Shown: one piece after another, positions 49,301 to 58,169 of the stretch
Layout of the letters: the number at the start of each line of letters is the position of its first letter
Position numbering within the stretch: position 1 is the stretch's first letter
Assembly: GCA_964230645.1 (NCBI GenBank)
Contig: CAXRHT010000001.1
Location: forward strand, 768,001-832,000
Direction: 5' to 3'
Length of the DNA: 64,000 nucleotides
DNA from: Bdellovibrionales bacterium
GTDB taxonomy: Bacteria > Bdellovibrionota > Bdellovibrionia > Bdellovibrionales > JAGQZY01
Program-made: the position numbers and the translations under genes
Notes under the pieces: model-generated
What the model was told of the DNA's origin: nothing
What the model saw: the letters and a program-made list of their open reading frames with translations, nothing else
Databases searched by the model: none

Positions 49301-52300
49301 TCATAAAATTTTAATTTATTAGAATCCGAAGTATCCACAGCTAAAACTCCGGCATCAGGAGTTCCTGGTAAAGTGGAGGGTTGAATTCGCATCGCACCAG
49401 CGACTTCTAGCCGTTGAGTTGGTGTGGTCGTTCCAATACCAATATTCCCTGTTTCATCCATGAGAAGCCTTACTTCCCCCGCCGTTCCATCAAAAAGAGT
49501 AAATTTACCGGCTCCGACCGAATTTCCAGAGCCCGAGGAGAAGAGCTCGTAGTCTCTTCCCCCTGTGTCTGTGGAGAGTAAATGCAGGCCAACACCATTA
49601 GCTCCATAACTTTCTAAAAATGCATCAGTACCATTACCTGAAAGATGAAACTCGCCAGAGGGAACTGTCGTACCTATTCCAACATTTCCATTATTCAGGA
49701 TGGTCATTGCAGTCGAGTTGTTGGTTTCAAAGTTTAAGGCAAAAGAATCATTGGTACCTATGGTGACCGCAGCAGCTTCTGTATTACCACCATCCATTAT
49801 ATAGCCGCTTGAAGACAGTAAAGAGTTGATCTCACTGGCTGAGCGCACGAAATTATCTCGAGTCATTTTTCTTAAGCCACCAGCTGAGGTGTCAAAAATC
49901 AATAATTCGTCCCCTGGCGCCACCGTGGATTCTGCTGTTTCATTAGTAATATCGACATTCACACCCGTACCATCGACGGTAATGGCATCACCACCAACAA
50001 CTTCAATATCGTCGGCATTAACGTTAATTCCATTTCCTGCTCCTACAGCAAGTGTGCGATCAGAGGTCAGATCACCTCCACCCGTCAGACCAGCCCCAGA
50101 GGCGATAGATCTTGTTGTTGATACCTTAGCAGCTTCAAGCTCGACAAGAGCGGCTTGTAAAGTTGTGGCCGTTAGAGGAGTGGTTCCGACCGGAATAGCT
50201 GTTGGATCAAAAGCACTCTCATCAATTGTTAATGTGACATTATCGGTATCTGATGAAACAGCGATCTTACCATTAGCAGAACCAATGGATTTAAACTCTA
50301 AATTGAGTCCGTTCTTCGCTTTAAAGACACCTTCACCTGTACCAACATTAGCACCATCATTGACCTCTCCACCGGCGGCTGTTCCGAAAGCTTCCCAACT
50401 TGCACCATCACAATAGGAAACACTTGAGCCACTATACTTTAGAGTACCAGCCTTTGTTCCATCACAAAGGGCAAGGTCATCACCAATCTGAACTCCTCCT
50501 GCAACCTGTAGCTGCGATGTTGGAGTGGTGGTACCGATACCGACACTACCTGAGGTTCGGCCTACAGTAAGAGCCGTTCCAAAAGTGTCTGTCGCTAAAT
50601 TTAAATCACCTGAAATCGATGTCAGGGTTGTATCGGTCAGATTTAATTTGTCAGAGGCCGAGTCACTTTTACGGAAGTTTATTCCGCCTGGCCCGCCTCC
50701 AATAATCTCTCCACTTTGTACACGAACATCCCCATCGACATCTAATTTAAAAAGTGGACTAGAACTTCCGATTCCAACATTTCCTCCAAAAGCCGCCAGG
50801 TAACTGTCACTTTTACCTAAAAGGTGATTCACGTCATTAGAGCCATTGGCCCTATAGATCATAAAATTGGCACTACCTGAAGTATTCGAGTCTCGAAATA
50901 TACCCACATTGTGTAATGAACCTCCACCGCCTGTTGGACTTATATTTATTGTTGCGGTGGTGCCAGTTGAATTAGAAATAGTTGAGACGGTACTATCATG
51001 GCTAATTCTAAATCTTCGATTAAGATCTGTATCAGTTAAAGTAAAAACCGGAAAAGCAGATGCTATATCTAGTAAGCTTGAGGGAGCTGTAGTTCCGACC
51101 CCGACATTCCCATTGTCATCTACAATAAAGCTGGTTGTTCCGTTGTCTTGGACTTGGAAATTATTAGTACCTGTCAGATTCCAAACAACATCTGTAGAAT
51201 CAACCGTGACACTTGAACCATTGTCGTAAGCGTCATCTAAACTTTGAGTTTCTGCGGTTAAATATCCAGCCGCCGAGTGGTCTCCCCAACTAAAGGCGGT
51301 ATCCCAATCGGTGGAATTGTTGGTCACAGTCGTATAGGTATTCGCACCCGTTCTAACTAAAAGACCGTTTGTTGAAAACACATTATCGAGCTCTGTGCCT
51401 GTGATATTTTGTAAAAACCCTTCATTGGAGGCGAAGGTACCGACTTCACTTTGACTCAGTACAAAATTTGACCTTGTGATTTCTTTTAAATTTCCAGCGT
51501 CTTCACTGTCTCTTATTAAAAGACTATCGGCAGCAACGGCAGAAGTTAATTTGTCAGCCGTTCCGGCGACATCAACATTAACACCTGTGCCATCAACACT
51601 GATTCCGGTTCCAGCTCTGACTTCAATGTCATCAGCATTCACTGTAATACCGTTGCCAGCTCCTATGTCAAAAGTACGATCGAAGCTTAAGTCACCACCA
51701 CCGGTTAGACCTTGTCCCGCTGTTACACTTCTTGATTCTGCTGCGACGCTGGTCCAAGAAAGGACTCCGGCGCCATTTGTTTGTAGCACTTGTCCTGCTC
51801 CTCCGTCATCATCCGGAAGAGTCCACACAAAGGAAGACACGGCATTCACAGTGTTCGGCGCTTGAAATCCAACATACTTTGTTCCCGTATCCTGGAATCT
51901 TAATTCTGTAGTCACCCCTCCATTGAGATCCATCACCAGGTTTCCTGTCATGGAGTCACCACTTTTAGCGAGCTTTTCAGTGCTTAATTCTTCAATCGCT
52001 CCCTGCACTTCTGTGGCTGTATCCACATCACCACCATAGGTGTTATCAAAAGTGATTAAGTCGGCATCATAGTCACCCGCTGTCGCAACGACATTTCCTG
52101 TCCGTCCAAAAACTTGGGTCACTCCCGCGTTAACATCTTGCCAGGAGAGCACTCCACTTCCATCGGTTTGTAAGTATTGTCCAGGGTCACCATCGTTATC
52201 CGGTAGAATTAAATTAACCGTTGTCGCAAGGGCTGCTGGTGAGTGTAATGAGACATAATCAGAACCGTTTCCAGTGGCCTCAGCTAACTGCAGTTCACTT

Positions 52301-53382
52301 TCGTTTTCTAAGTTAATATTACCAGCGGAATTAATCCCGTTGGTAACACCAATCCCACCCGAGACGGTAAGGTTGTTACCTATACTAGCATCTTGGCCCG
52401 CACTTAAATTATTGGTGGCAGAAATATTGTTGTTAGCTGAAATATCATTAGTATTTGAAATGTCTTGATTTCCCATGTTGATGGAACCAGTCATGGTTCC
52501 ACCTCCCAATGGGAGTTTATTCACATCGTTTATCACTTGCGAGTTCCACTGCGTGCCATCCCAGGTCAGGACTTCGCCATTCTGACCGGCACCAAGAGCA
52601 CCAAGATCCGCGGTATCGACCTGTTGTCCACCGATGTAGCTACGAGCATAGCCGACGTTCACAGCGTCGGAATCTGTAGCTGGGTTGGGATCCGCGAGAT
52701 TGACTATTTTTTGGTTGTTGTTGTCCACGTCTGCTGTTGGAGCGCCCGCTGTAAAACTCGTGCTTGTTCCATCAAGAAGAGCTTGTAGCTCTGTCCAATT
52801 GCTGTCGTTAAAAACAATCTCCATATTAGTTTGGCTAAGATTGAATCCAGGCCCGCTATTGACCTGAATAAAGTCACCGACTCCAAGGCCACTGATCGAA
52901 CTGGCATTGGTAGCGTAGGGAACGCTGACGATGTTGTGATCTTGAGCTAATGTCACAGGACCTGAGCCATCATTAAAAGTTATTCGTAACCGTCTTCCAT
53001 CATTGGGACTTGGAGCATAACTCCCACCCATGACACAAAGATCAGGGTTCACAGTGCCTGTGGAATTACTAAGCGCTGTCGCTAAGTTTGTCGTATCCTG
53101 ATATTGCGCCCCGGACTGCGTCCCTAAGCCTACTTCGATGGCAAAAATACCATTGGAGTTTGACATATTGAGGGTATGCTCCTCACGGTAGAGAATACAT
53201 TCCTCAGCCCCTGGTGAAATCAGCTCGATACGAAAATCAACATTAGAAGCCTCAAGCGCTTGTCCGTTGGGCTTTATAATCTGACCTTGATAAGTAAAGT
53301 TCTCTGGGCCAGAAAAGGCCAAAGAGGGAAGAAATAAGACAGAGCTTATTAGGAAAATAAAGATTCGGTCAGTAACGTGCAC
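46345..53382 (-). CDS. Giant secreted phage-tail-fibre-like adhesin (Bdellovibrio mosaic trimeric fibre type)
   Basis: Signal peptide, FTYQGQI.KP.G N-terminal domain, 13 G.(V/I/L)G(I/V)G(T/S)..P repeats, duplicated internal modules. Confidence 0.85.
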   Translation of the reverse strand: MHVTDRIFIFLISSVLFLPSLAFSGPENFTYQGQIIKPNGQALEASNVDFRIELISPGAEECILYREEHTLNMSNSNGIFAIEVGLGTQSGAQYQDTTNLATALSNSTGTVNPDLCVMGGSYAPSPNDGRRLRITFNDGSGPVTLAQDHNIVSVPYATNASSISGLGVGDFIQVNSGPGFNLSQTNMEIVFNDSNWTELQALLDGTSTSFTAGAPTADVDNNNQKIVNLADPNPATDSDAVNVGYARSYIGGQQVDTADLGALGAGQNGEVLTWDGTQWNSQVINDVNKLPLGGGTMTGSINMGNQDISNTNDISANNNISATNNLSAGQDASIGNNLTVSGGIGVTNGINSAGNINLENESELQLAEATGNGSDYVSLHSPAALATTVNLILPDNDGDPGQYLQTDGSGVLSWQDVNAGVTQVFGRTGNVVATAGDYDADLITFDNTYGGDVDTATEVQGAIEELSTEKLAKSGDSMTGNLVMDLNGGVTTELRFQDTGTKYVGFQAPNTVNAVSSFVWTLPDDDGGAGQVLQTNGAGVLSWTSVAAESRSVTAGQGLTGGGDLSFDRTFDIGAGNGITVNADDIEVRAGTGISVDGTGVNVDVAGTADKLTSAVAADSLLIRDSEDAGNLKEITRSNFVLSQSEVGTFASNEGFLQNITGTELDNVFSTNGLLVRTGANTYTTVTNNSTDWDTAFSWGDHSAAGYLTAETQSLDDAYDNGSSVTVDSTDVVWNLTGTNNFQVQDNGTTSFIVDDNGNVGVGTTAPSSLLDIASAFPVFTLTDTDLNRRFRISHDSTVSTISNSTGTTATINISPTGGGGSLHNVGIFRDSNTSGSANFMIYRANGSNDVNHLLGKSDSYLAAFGGNVGIGSSSPLFKLDVDGDVRVQSGEIIGGGPGGINFRKSDSASDKLNLTDTTLTSISGDLNLATDTFGTALTVGRTSGSVGIGTTTPTSQLQVAGGVQIGDDLALCDGTKAGTLKYSGSSVSYCDGASWEAFGTAAGGEVNDGANVGTGEGVFKAKNGLNLEFKSIGSANGKIAVSSDTDNVTLTIDESAFDPTAIPVGTTPLTATTLQAALVELEAAKVSTTRSIASGAGLTGGGDLTSDRTLAVGAGNGINVNADDIEVVGGDAITVDGTGVNVDITNETAESTVAPGDELLIFDTSAGGLRKMTRDNFVRSASEINSLLSSSGYIMDGGNTEAAAVTIGTNDSFALNFETNNSTAMTILNNGNVGIGTTVPSGEFHLSGNGTDAFLESYGANGVGLHLLSTDTGGRDYELFSSGSGNSVGAGKFTLFDGTAGEVRLLMDETGNIGIGTTTPTQRLEVAGAMRIQPSTLPGTPDAGVLAVDTSDSNKLKFYDGSTWIEASGGTDFLPLAGGQMTGDINLANQYINGTGSTTYGLNFSNSNNAEFRGQSGGGYGITIDNTSGGGSSFRFLQFEYSGNTMGQIAVANEGSASNTAMRFVTRSAGSTSEKMRIASSGYLGIGTTAPERLLHVDGAMRITPAALPGTGAAGDLAIDSADFNKLKYYDGSSWVEAGGSGGGGDILNGGNSLSAPVTVGTNDAQDLNLETNNTTAINIDSTQNINFEGNAYLYDFLYGSNSGNYLRMGNSSGVGGATLFSANDYVELRTNNTADVRFTTNNTERMRVTSNGNVGIGTTNPDQLLTISDVNPTFRFDRSGANFDVELAASGGGDFTISGGADGTGGALTEYFRIRGGSGAVGIGTSAPVVELDVHTGRINAAEICDEDNSNCIDLSDGISGGSLWTDNAGDISYTSGNVGIGTSAPGSAFEIVTSNSTDLMTIQSTNNFGWSSIDFMASNNAHAGWVGYGNASAPSQTGQMYIEASGTGEIAFWNDNTQRMVIDGSGNVGIGTTSPGDILDVAGNIRAQQLCDETGANCKDISTGWASGGDFLADGSVPMTGALQAVGGSAGAPGLTFDGDEDTGFFNSADGVIRYSSNGTQRWVFSSSDFYSANVTGAYLRYNGSSSASTPLYTIRTDTDTGLYMSAADTVGLATGGVGRLQIDSSGRVGIGTTAPREALDVHGKLTIGDSAGGDAGIAYFSRGSDGNETVKLGYLNASEDNEFQFYHSGGDGYFSWYTNDSAVEEQMRLDNQGRLGIGTSAPDKKLHVYADGEVAVIAERAGAGSNVLQLRTTNPSGVGANGSGNQLQFAAETATEGVVESLGNFRFVMTDATAGSIDSAVSIVNYDNGAPQIPFSINSTGEVGIGTTSPVGKLDVAGQVRSVNSSGSSEVNTTATVDWDNGNAQTMNVDCDTTTFSNMLDGGTYILAVSETGTSQCDFSQTGLTFFFSPANGPRESGTRTVYTFQRIGSDVYVSWIKGFQ

Positions 53383-53388
53383 AATGAC

Positions 53389-53415
53389 CTATCGGAGCAT
53401 TGAAATAGACATAAA
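53389..53415 (-). promoter_or_regulatory. Sigma-28-like promoter immediately upstream of the fibre gene
   Basis: TTTA-N15-TCCGATAG, ending 6 nt before the GTG start. Confidence 0.45.
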
Positions 53416-53577
53416 GGGAATTGAGCTAATTTATTGAAAAAACACGGTTGTTCGAAAATTAGTGTTCAACGATGATACACTCTGTTTTTAAATGAAAGCT
53501 ATTGAATGTAAACTGCAGGGAGAATATTAATTCTCCCTATCGACATTCCCAATATGAAACATCTTTATAAAGACGGA

Positions 53578-55239
53578 TCACTCACCCTCACAGATCGGTA
53601 AGCTAAGAGTTTCTATTCGAGGAAAAGTTTCTAGGGCTTGTTCGTTCTCCATTTCCATCAGACGATCAGAGTGTCTTTGTTGAAACATTCTAAAAGCACT
53701 TTCTGCTCTGCGGGCTCGGAAACATTCCATACTTGAGGTGTTTGACCTTACAAGCAACGCCAAACATTGATCCATACTCGAAAACTTTTCATCACGAACT
53801 TCTCTGTAACGTGTCACCAAAGACTCAGGCAGTCTCTGCATTCGACCGATGTATCTACCCTCTTCTAAATTGTATTCAAAATTGTATATGAGACTTTTTA
53901 ATTCTCCAGGAACTTGCAGACGCCCCCGCTCGTCAATTTCAAAGTTTGAACGATCACTGGTTATGATGGGAATTTCAAGGGAAAATTCGGTATCGCTTGT
54001 CTCTCGCGGGTGGACACACCTCGGGAAAAAAGGAAAAGCTTGTTTTAACATTTCACCATCGCCATAACGAGCGTAGCGCAGAACTAAATCTCTTGTCTCG
54101 ACTGGCAATTCACCAAGATCTTCTTCAAAAGACTCACGCCCATACTGATCAAGGAAATTGTTCGAATTGGGAACAGACCATCTCACCGAGGGCTGCTCGA
54201 TCGTTTTATTTTCCACAAGAGCCATGGTCTCCTCGGAGGTCTCAACCGAATTAATAAACACTGTCACTAAATAAAGGAGGAGATTGGTAAACTGATCTCT
54301 AGTTTCAAAGTCACAAAAAGGACCTGGATCAGAGTTAAATTCGCTAAGACATGAGAGGCTTGTTCCTCCGGCCCATTTGTTCTCAACAAGGGCTGATGAA
54401 TTTCCGAAGGCCAAATGTTTTAATGAGTCTTTTTGAGCGTAGCTAATAACTCCTGAAAGCTTACCGTCGTCTTTGTATATGCCCGAGCCGGAATTCCCGC
54501 CGATCACTTCATGGTCACAAGTTCCTCCAAAGATATTGGATTGGGGATGAAAGTAACCAATGATCATGGCGTGGCTCATGCTGGTCTCGCAATTTACCTT
54601 TTTAATAATTCCCTCACCGATATCATAGTCTCGATTGTTTAAAAAAACTGAAGATTGGGTGTAGTAAGTGGGATAAATATTGAAAGACGTTTTATTGGGA
54701 AGTCCCGAAATATCTTTTTCCGGGAAAGGACGGTTCACTGAACTTTCTAATTCAATAATCGCCCAGTCCGGGTGAGAGACCTCATCATCCGGATAGCGCG
54801 CCGATAAAGACAGAACTTTTTGACAGCGCACATCCTGAGCCCCATGAAAGTTTGTTTCTGGAAACTTGATCATAATTTTTGCAGAGCAATCAGCACCTTC
54901 GTAAGCAATACTACTCGGTATACAATGTCTATTGGTCAGCACTTTATTGTTTGCAATGAGTTGGGTGGAGCAAAAACCAATATTATAGTTGGTCGTCGAT
55001 CCAAAAAAGTAACCTTGATTTTCGCTTTCATCAGCCATGACTAAACTGGCAATATGGGCTGGGCACTGGCTTTTATCTTCACATTGAACCGTGGTGTGCT
55101 TATAGGCCACTTCCGCCTCGGACTTCTCATCAAATGTCATATTGTTTATATAGGGCGAATGACTACCATCTTTTTGGCAAGAGACGATAACGCTGAAAAA
55201 CGCAAGAAGACACAACGGAACGAATGACTTTTTTAGCAT
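53578..55239 (-). CDS. Trypsin-like (S1) serine protease lipoprotein with a C-terminal extension
   Basis: Lipobox IVS-C; LTNRHC, PDWA, GGNSGSG; start taken at MLKKS (TTG at 55254 is an alternative). Confidence 0.85.
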   Translation of the reverse strand: MLKKSFVPLCLLAFFSVIVSCQKDGSHSPYINNMTFDEKSEAEVAYKHTTVQCEDKSQCPAHIASLVMADESENQGYFFGSTTNYNIGFCSTQLIANNKVLTNRHCIPSSIAYEGADCSAKIMIKFPETNFHGAQDVRCQKVLSLSARYPDDEVSHPDWAIIELESSVNRPFPEKDISGLPNKTSFNIYPTYYTQSSVFLNNRDYDIGEGIIKKVNCETSMSHAMIIGYFHPQSNIFGGTCDHEVIGGNSGSGIYKDDGKLSGVISYAQKDSLKHLAFGNSSALVENKWAGGTSLSCLSEFNSDPGPFCDFETRDQFTNLLLYLVTVFINSVETSEETMALVENKTIEQPSVRWSVPNSNNFLDQYGRESFEEDLGELPVETRDLVLRYARYGDGEMLKQAFPFFPRCVHPRETSDTEFSLEIPIITSDRSNFEIDERGRLQVPGELKSLIYNFEYNLEEGRYIGRMQRLPESLVTRYREVRDEKFSSMDQCLALLVRSNTSSMECFRARRAESAFRMFQQRHSDRLMEMENEQALETFPRIETLSLPICEGE

Positions 55240-55428
55240 AGATGACAACTCCAATATTTTATCCCTTACAGTTTCAAATATCGTTCCAATTTTTTAAGAA
55301 ATTATGACCCTATTTCAGGGACTTACTGGGTATTGGGGCTGTCGATAAAAGAAGAATGACATTTTTGGCAGACCACTGTGGATACTATGGTCACCCTCAA
55401 ATTTCTTTAGGCTTTTTTACTAAAGTTC

Positions 55429-55593
55429 CGTTCGAGCCACGATCCCCATGTTTCAATTTATAATAATTCTCGTAAGGGCTCTTGTGAGCGTGACGCGTTT
55501 TCGCCCGAAGGGCGAAACACAAGCAAGGCATGGATGCCGGCCCTGTCGAGATTTATTATAAATGGAAGCATGGGGAGCCGAGGACTTCGAACG
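55429..55593. repeat. Long imperfect inverted repeat / branched hairpin element
   Basis: Arms 55444-55479 and 55540-55575 (31/36 complementary); outer CGTTCGA/TCGAACG; central TTTCGCCC-GAA-GGGCGAAA. Confidence 0.85.
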
Positions 55594-55604
55594 AAGCTCG
55601 ATAG

Positions 55605-55630
55605 GTCCTTCGGCTTCGCCTCAGGACGGC
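55605..55630. repeat. Half copy of a REP-like element
   Basis: GTCCTTCGGCTTCGCCTCAGGACGGC resembles 57828-57853. Confidence 0.6.
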
Positions 55631-55679
55631 AAACAGAGCTCAGAACGACAAATGAAGCTCAGGCCTGCATTTCTGAAAT

Positions 55680-55714
55680 AAAAAAAGACCTCACTTTTAA
55701 GTCAGGCCTTTTTT
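55680..55714 (-). terminator. Intrinsic terminator
   Basis: Stem-loop flanked by A and T tracts, just downstream of 55738..56013. Confidence 0.65.
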
Positions 55715-55737
55715 AATATCTGTTTGTTTAACTTAAT

Positions 55738-56013
55738 TTAAAATCCCGAACCAAAGGGGTCGGTGTTTGGTGGCGTGCCAGTTGAGGCCTGTTCTTCGTT
55801 GGTGGAGGCTGGGTGTGATTCACCATTCATGGATTCATTGGATGAGTCAGACTCTTCCACTAACTCAATTTTCTCAGCATTGTTTTCAAGGTCAGAAAGC
55901 TGACTCAGGTATTGATTGTATTGGTCTTGGGTTAAAGAGCCGTTTTTCATATTGATCTCTAGAAGTCGTTTATCAAATCTCAATAAGTCCATCTGCTTCT
56001 GTAGATACGACAT
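55738..56013 (-). CDS. Small hypothetical protein
   Basis: GAGGAG RBS; last gene of the HIT-mce-rhomboid run. Confidence 0.75.
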   Translation of the reverse strand: MSYLQKQMDLLRFDKRLLEINMKNGSLTQDQYNQYLSQLSDLENNAEKIELVEESDSSNESMNGESHPASTNEEQASTGTPPNTDPFGSGF

Positions 56014-56027
56014 AATTTACTCCTCTT

Positions 56028-56807
56028 TCAGTTCCAGTATTTAGGACCCTCTGAATCGTCCTCTTTCTTGTCATTGTTTACCACTAATCTCAGATTCCGT
56101 CTAGTTCTGGACTTTTTCGCCCCTCTCCAGCGTTTTTGCTGAAAACGGGTCCATCCAACCAAATAGATATAACCCGTCACTAGGCCCCCTATATGGGCCA
56201 TATTGGCCACTCCAGAGCCTCCCATACCATCACTTACGAGGGTAACCACCTCAATTCCGGCTATGACGAGAATAAATATTTTAGCTTTCATGGGGAATAC
56301 ACCCATCAAATAGATGACTCGGTCACCAAAAAGAATGCCGTAAGCTAGTAAGATTCCAAAAACAGCCCCGGAGGCCCCAAGCACCGGTATTCGGTAAACA
56401 AGTGGCTCCTCGCCTTGGATCAAGCCCCAGGCCACAACGGTCACAAAATAAATGGCTGCAGCCCCCACTCCACAAATAAAGTAATAGGATAGAAAGCTTT
56501 TAGCCCCCCAACGGTACTCTAGCTCTGAGCCAAAAAACCACAGGGAAACCATATTGAGTAGCACATGGAAGATGTTCACCGAGTGCAAAAACATATAGGT
56601 GACCGGCTGCCAAACAAAAAAGTTTTCAAGAAAGTATTTGGGGGTGAAGCTTAGAAACTGAGTGATATAGGCCTCTGAGAAAACAAGCCTCTCGAGGATC
56701 AACTGCAGGAAAAACCAAATTCCCACATTCACTATAATCAGTCTCTTTACCCAAGGGCTGATCGGTATGGGTTGCAATTGAACAGGTCCTCCCCCTGGTC
56801 CTCTCAT
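56028..56807 (-). CDS. Rhomboid family intramembrane serine protease
   Basis: WQPVTYMFLH..H...NM, GASGA, AHIGG. Confidence 0.94.
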   Translation of the reverse strand: MRGPGGGPVQLQPIPISPWVKRLIIVNVGIWFFLQLILERLVFSEAYITQFLSFTPKYFLENFFVWQPVTYMFLHSVNIFHVLLNMVSLWFFGSELEYRWGAKSFLSYYFICGVGAAAIYFVTVVAWGLIQGEEPLVYRIPVLGASGAVFGILLAYGILFGDRVIYLMGVFPMKAKIFILVIAGIEVVTLVSDGMGGSGVANMAHIGGLVTGYIYLVGWTRFQQKRWRGAKKSRTRRNLRLVVNNDKKEDDSEGPKYWN

Positions 56808-57214
56808 GATGAAGCCTTTTCACTGAGTTCAACAAGAACACCACCAGTGCTCTTTGGGTGAATAAAAACAACTCGGCAATTATGAGCCCCAGGTCTTGGT
56901 TCCTCGTTGATTAAGCGAATCCCTTTTTCCTTAAGGGTAGCAACTAATGCATCAATGCCTTCCACACGGAAGCAAATGTGATGAATTCCAGGCCCGCGCT
57001 TATCAAGAAATTTTGCAATGGGGCTTTCGTCACTTGTAGGCTCTAAGAGTTCCACCGTGGCTTCATTATCCGTTTTAAAAAAACCAACTTTCACTTTTTC
57101 GGTGGGAACTTCCTCCACTCCTCCATCGGGAAGACCAAGAAGTTTAAAGAAATTCGCTTCATCCAAAGAAGGAGTGGCGACTCCGATATGATCTAATTTG
57201 ATTTTAAACGACAC
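56804..57214 (-). CDS. mce: Methylmalonyl-CoA epimerase (VOC family)
   Basis: LDHIGVA, ELLEP....SPIAKFL.KRGPGIHHICF, FIHPKSTGGVLVEL. Confidence 0.9.
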   Translation of the reverse strand: MSFKIKLDHIGVATPSLDEANFFKLLGLPDGGVEEVPTEKVKVGFFKTDNEATVELLEPTSDESPIAKFLDKRGPGIHHICFRVEGIDALVATLKEKGIRLINEEPRPGAHNCRVVFIHPKSTGGVLVELSEKASS

Positions 57215-57767
57215 CTTTTTTCTCCAGTTTTTCGAAATGAGGTTTCAGTTGATTGTAACTGTGCTCGGTGGTCTCAACAACCAGTTTTGTCTGAGCGATC
57301 AGAGGGAAAAAGTTGGTATCTCCTCCCCACCGAGGGATAATATGCTGATGAATATGATCAGGAATCCCCGCTCCGGCAACCCGGCCAAGGTTCATCCCAA
57401 GGTTGAATCCATGAGGATTATAAACCTTCTTCAAAATCTTGATCGAGTGCTTAGTAAGAAGCTGTAATTTCTCAAGCTCCTTATCAGTGAGCTTATCATA
57501 ATCCGCAATATGGCGTTTAGGCACAATTAATAAGTGCCCATTGTTATAGGGGTATTTATTGAGAATAATACTATGGCTGCGACTTTTAAAAAGAACAAGG
57601 CTTTCGGGATCGGAAGCTCTTTTCATAGCCTCACAAAAAACACACCCCTTAGGCTTAATCACTTTACGAACGTACTGAAGCCTATGAGGGCTCTCAATAA
57701 CATCACGCTCATCAGGCCAAATATCCGACTGCAATTTTCGAATGGACTTCTTCTTCTTTTTAGCCAT
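57204..57767 (-). CDS. HIT family hydrolase
   Basis: CVFC, NKYPYNNGHLLIVP, N.G..AGAGI..HIHQHIIPRW.GD. Confidence 0.93.
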   Translation of the reverse strand: MAKKKKKSIRKLQSDIWPDERDVIESPHRLQYVRKVIKPKGCVFCEAMKRASDPESLVLFKSRSHSIILNKYPYNNGHLLIVPKRHIADYDKLTDKELEKLQLLTKHSIKILKKVYNPHGFNLGMNLGRVAGAGIPDHIHQHIIPRWGGDTNFFPLIAQTKLVVETTEHSYNQLKPHFEKLEKKGVV

Positions 57768-57800
57768 AACACTCCGCTGCTGTTCGTTGGACTTCCTAGC

Positions 57801-57853
57801 GTCATCCTGAGTGCAACGAAGGATCTTAGGTCTTTCGCTTCGCTCAAGACGAC
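57801..57853. repeat. REP-like palindromic element
   Basis: GTCATCCTGAGTGCAACGAAGGATCT-T-AGGTCTTTCGCTTCGCTCAAGACGAC, an imperfect palindrome. Confidence 0.75.
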
Positions 57854-57977
57854 ATGTTTTAAACCCGAGACGGAAAACCCACCGGACAGCATGAAAACTT
57901 CCACAGTTTTCCCAACCATTCTAGAGGTTTAAACAAATATAAGCAACCCTGGGTTGTTTGGTAAAAGCGAATGAGAA

Positions 57978-58147
57978 CCCTTTGGTCGCTTGGATTTGAG
58001 GGGAAAGATCTTAAAAACCAAGCTCGAGCCGCGAGCGCTGCGTATCTCGGGCTGCGACATGAAATGGCGCAGTCCGGGAGACGAAGTGCACCCGTCGGCA
58101 TGCTTGGGTTTTAAGATCTTTCCCCTCAAATCCAAGCGACCAAAGGG
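57978..58147. repeat. 170-bp hairpin element with 46-bp inverted arms (MITE/REPIN-like)
   Basis: 57978-58023 versus 58102-58147 are complementary at 45/46; the interior also pairs (TCTCGGGCTGCG/CGCAGTCCGGGA). Confidence 0.9.
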
Positions 58148-58169
58148 CCCCCAATCTTCAATCAGGCAC

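Noticed and set aside
49826..52907. Multiple 60-196 aa ORFs inside the fibre gene (similar ones occur within tamB, rpsA and ruvB)
   Set aside because: Antisense or alternate-frame shadows of well-supported genes.
46345..53382. Prophage or diversity-generating retroelement around the fibre gene
   Set aside because: No phage structural genes, integrase, reverse transcriptase or near-identical template/variable repeat pair was seen.
55356..55716. Short + strand ORFs (about 35 aa at 55356; 60 aa at 55534)
   Set aside because: They run through the hairpin element and have no recognisable protein features.
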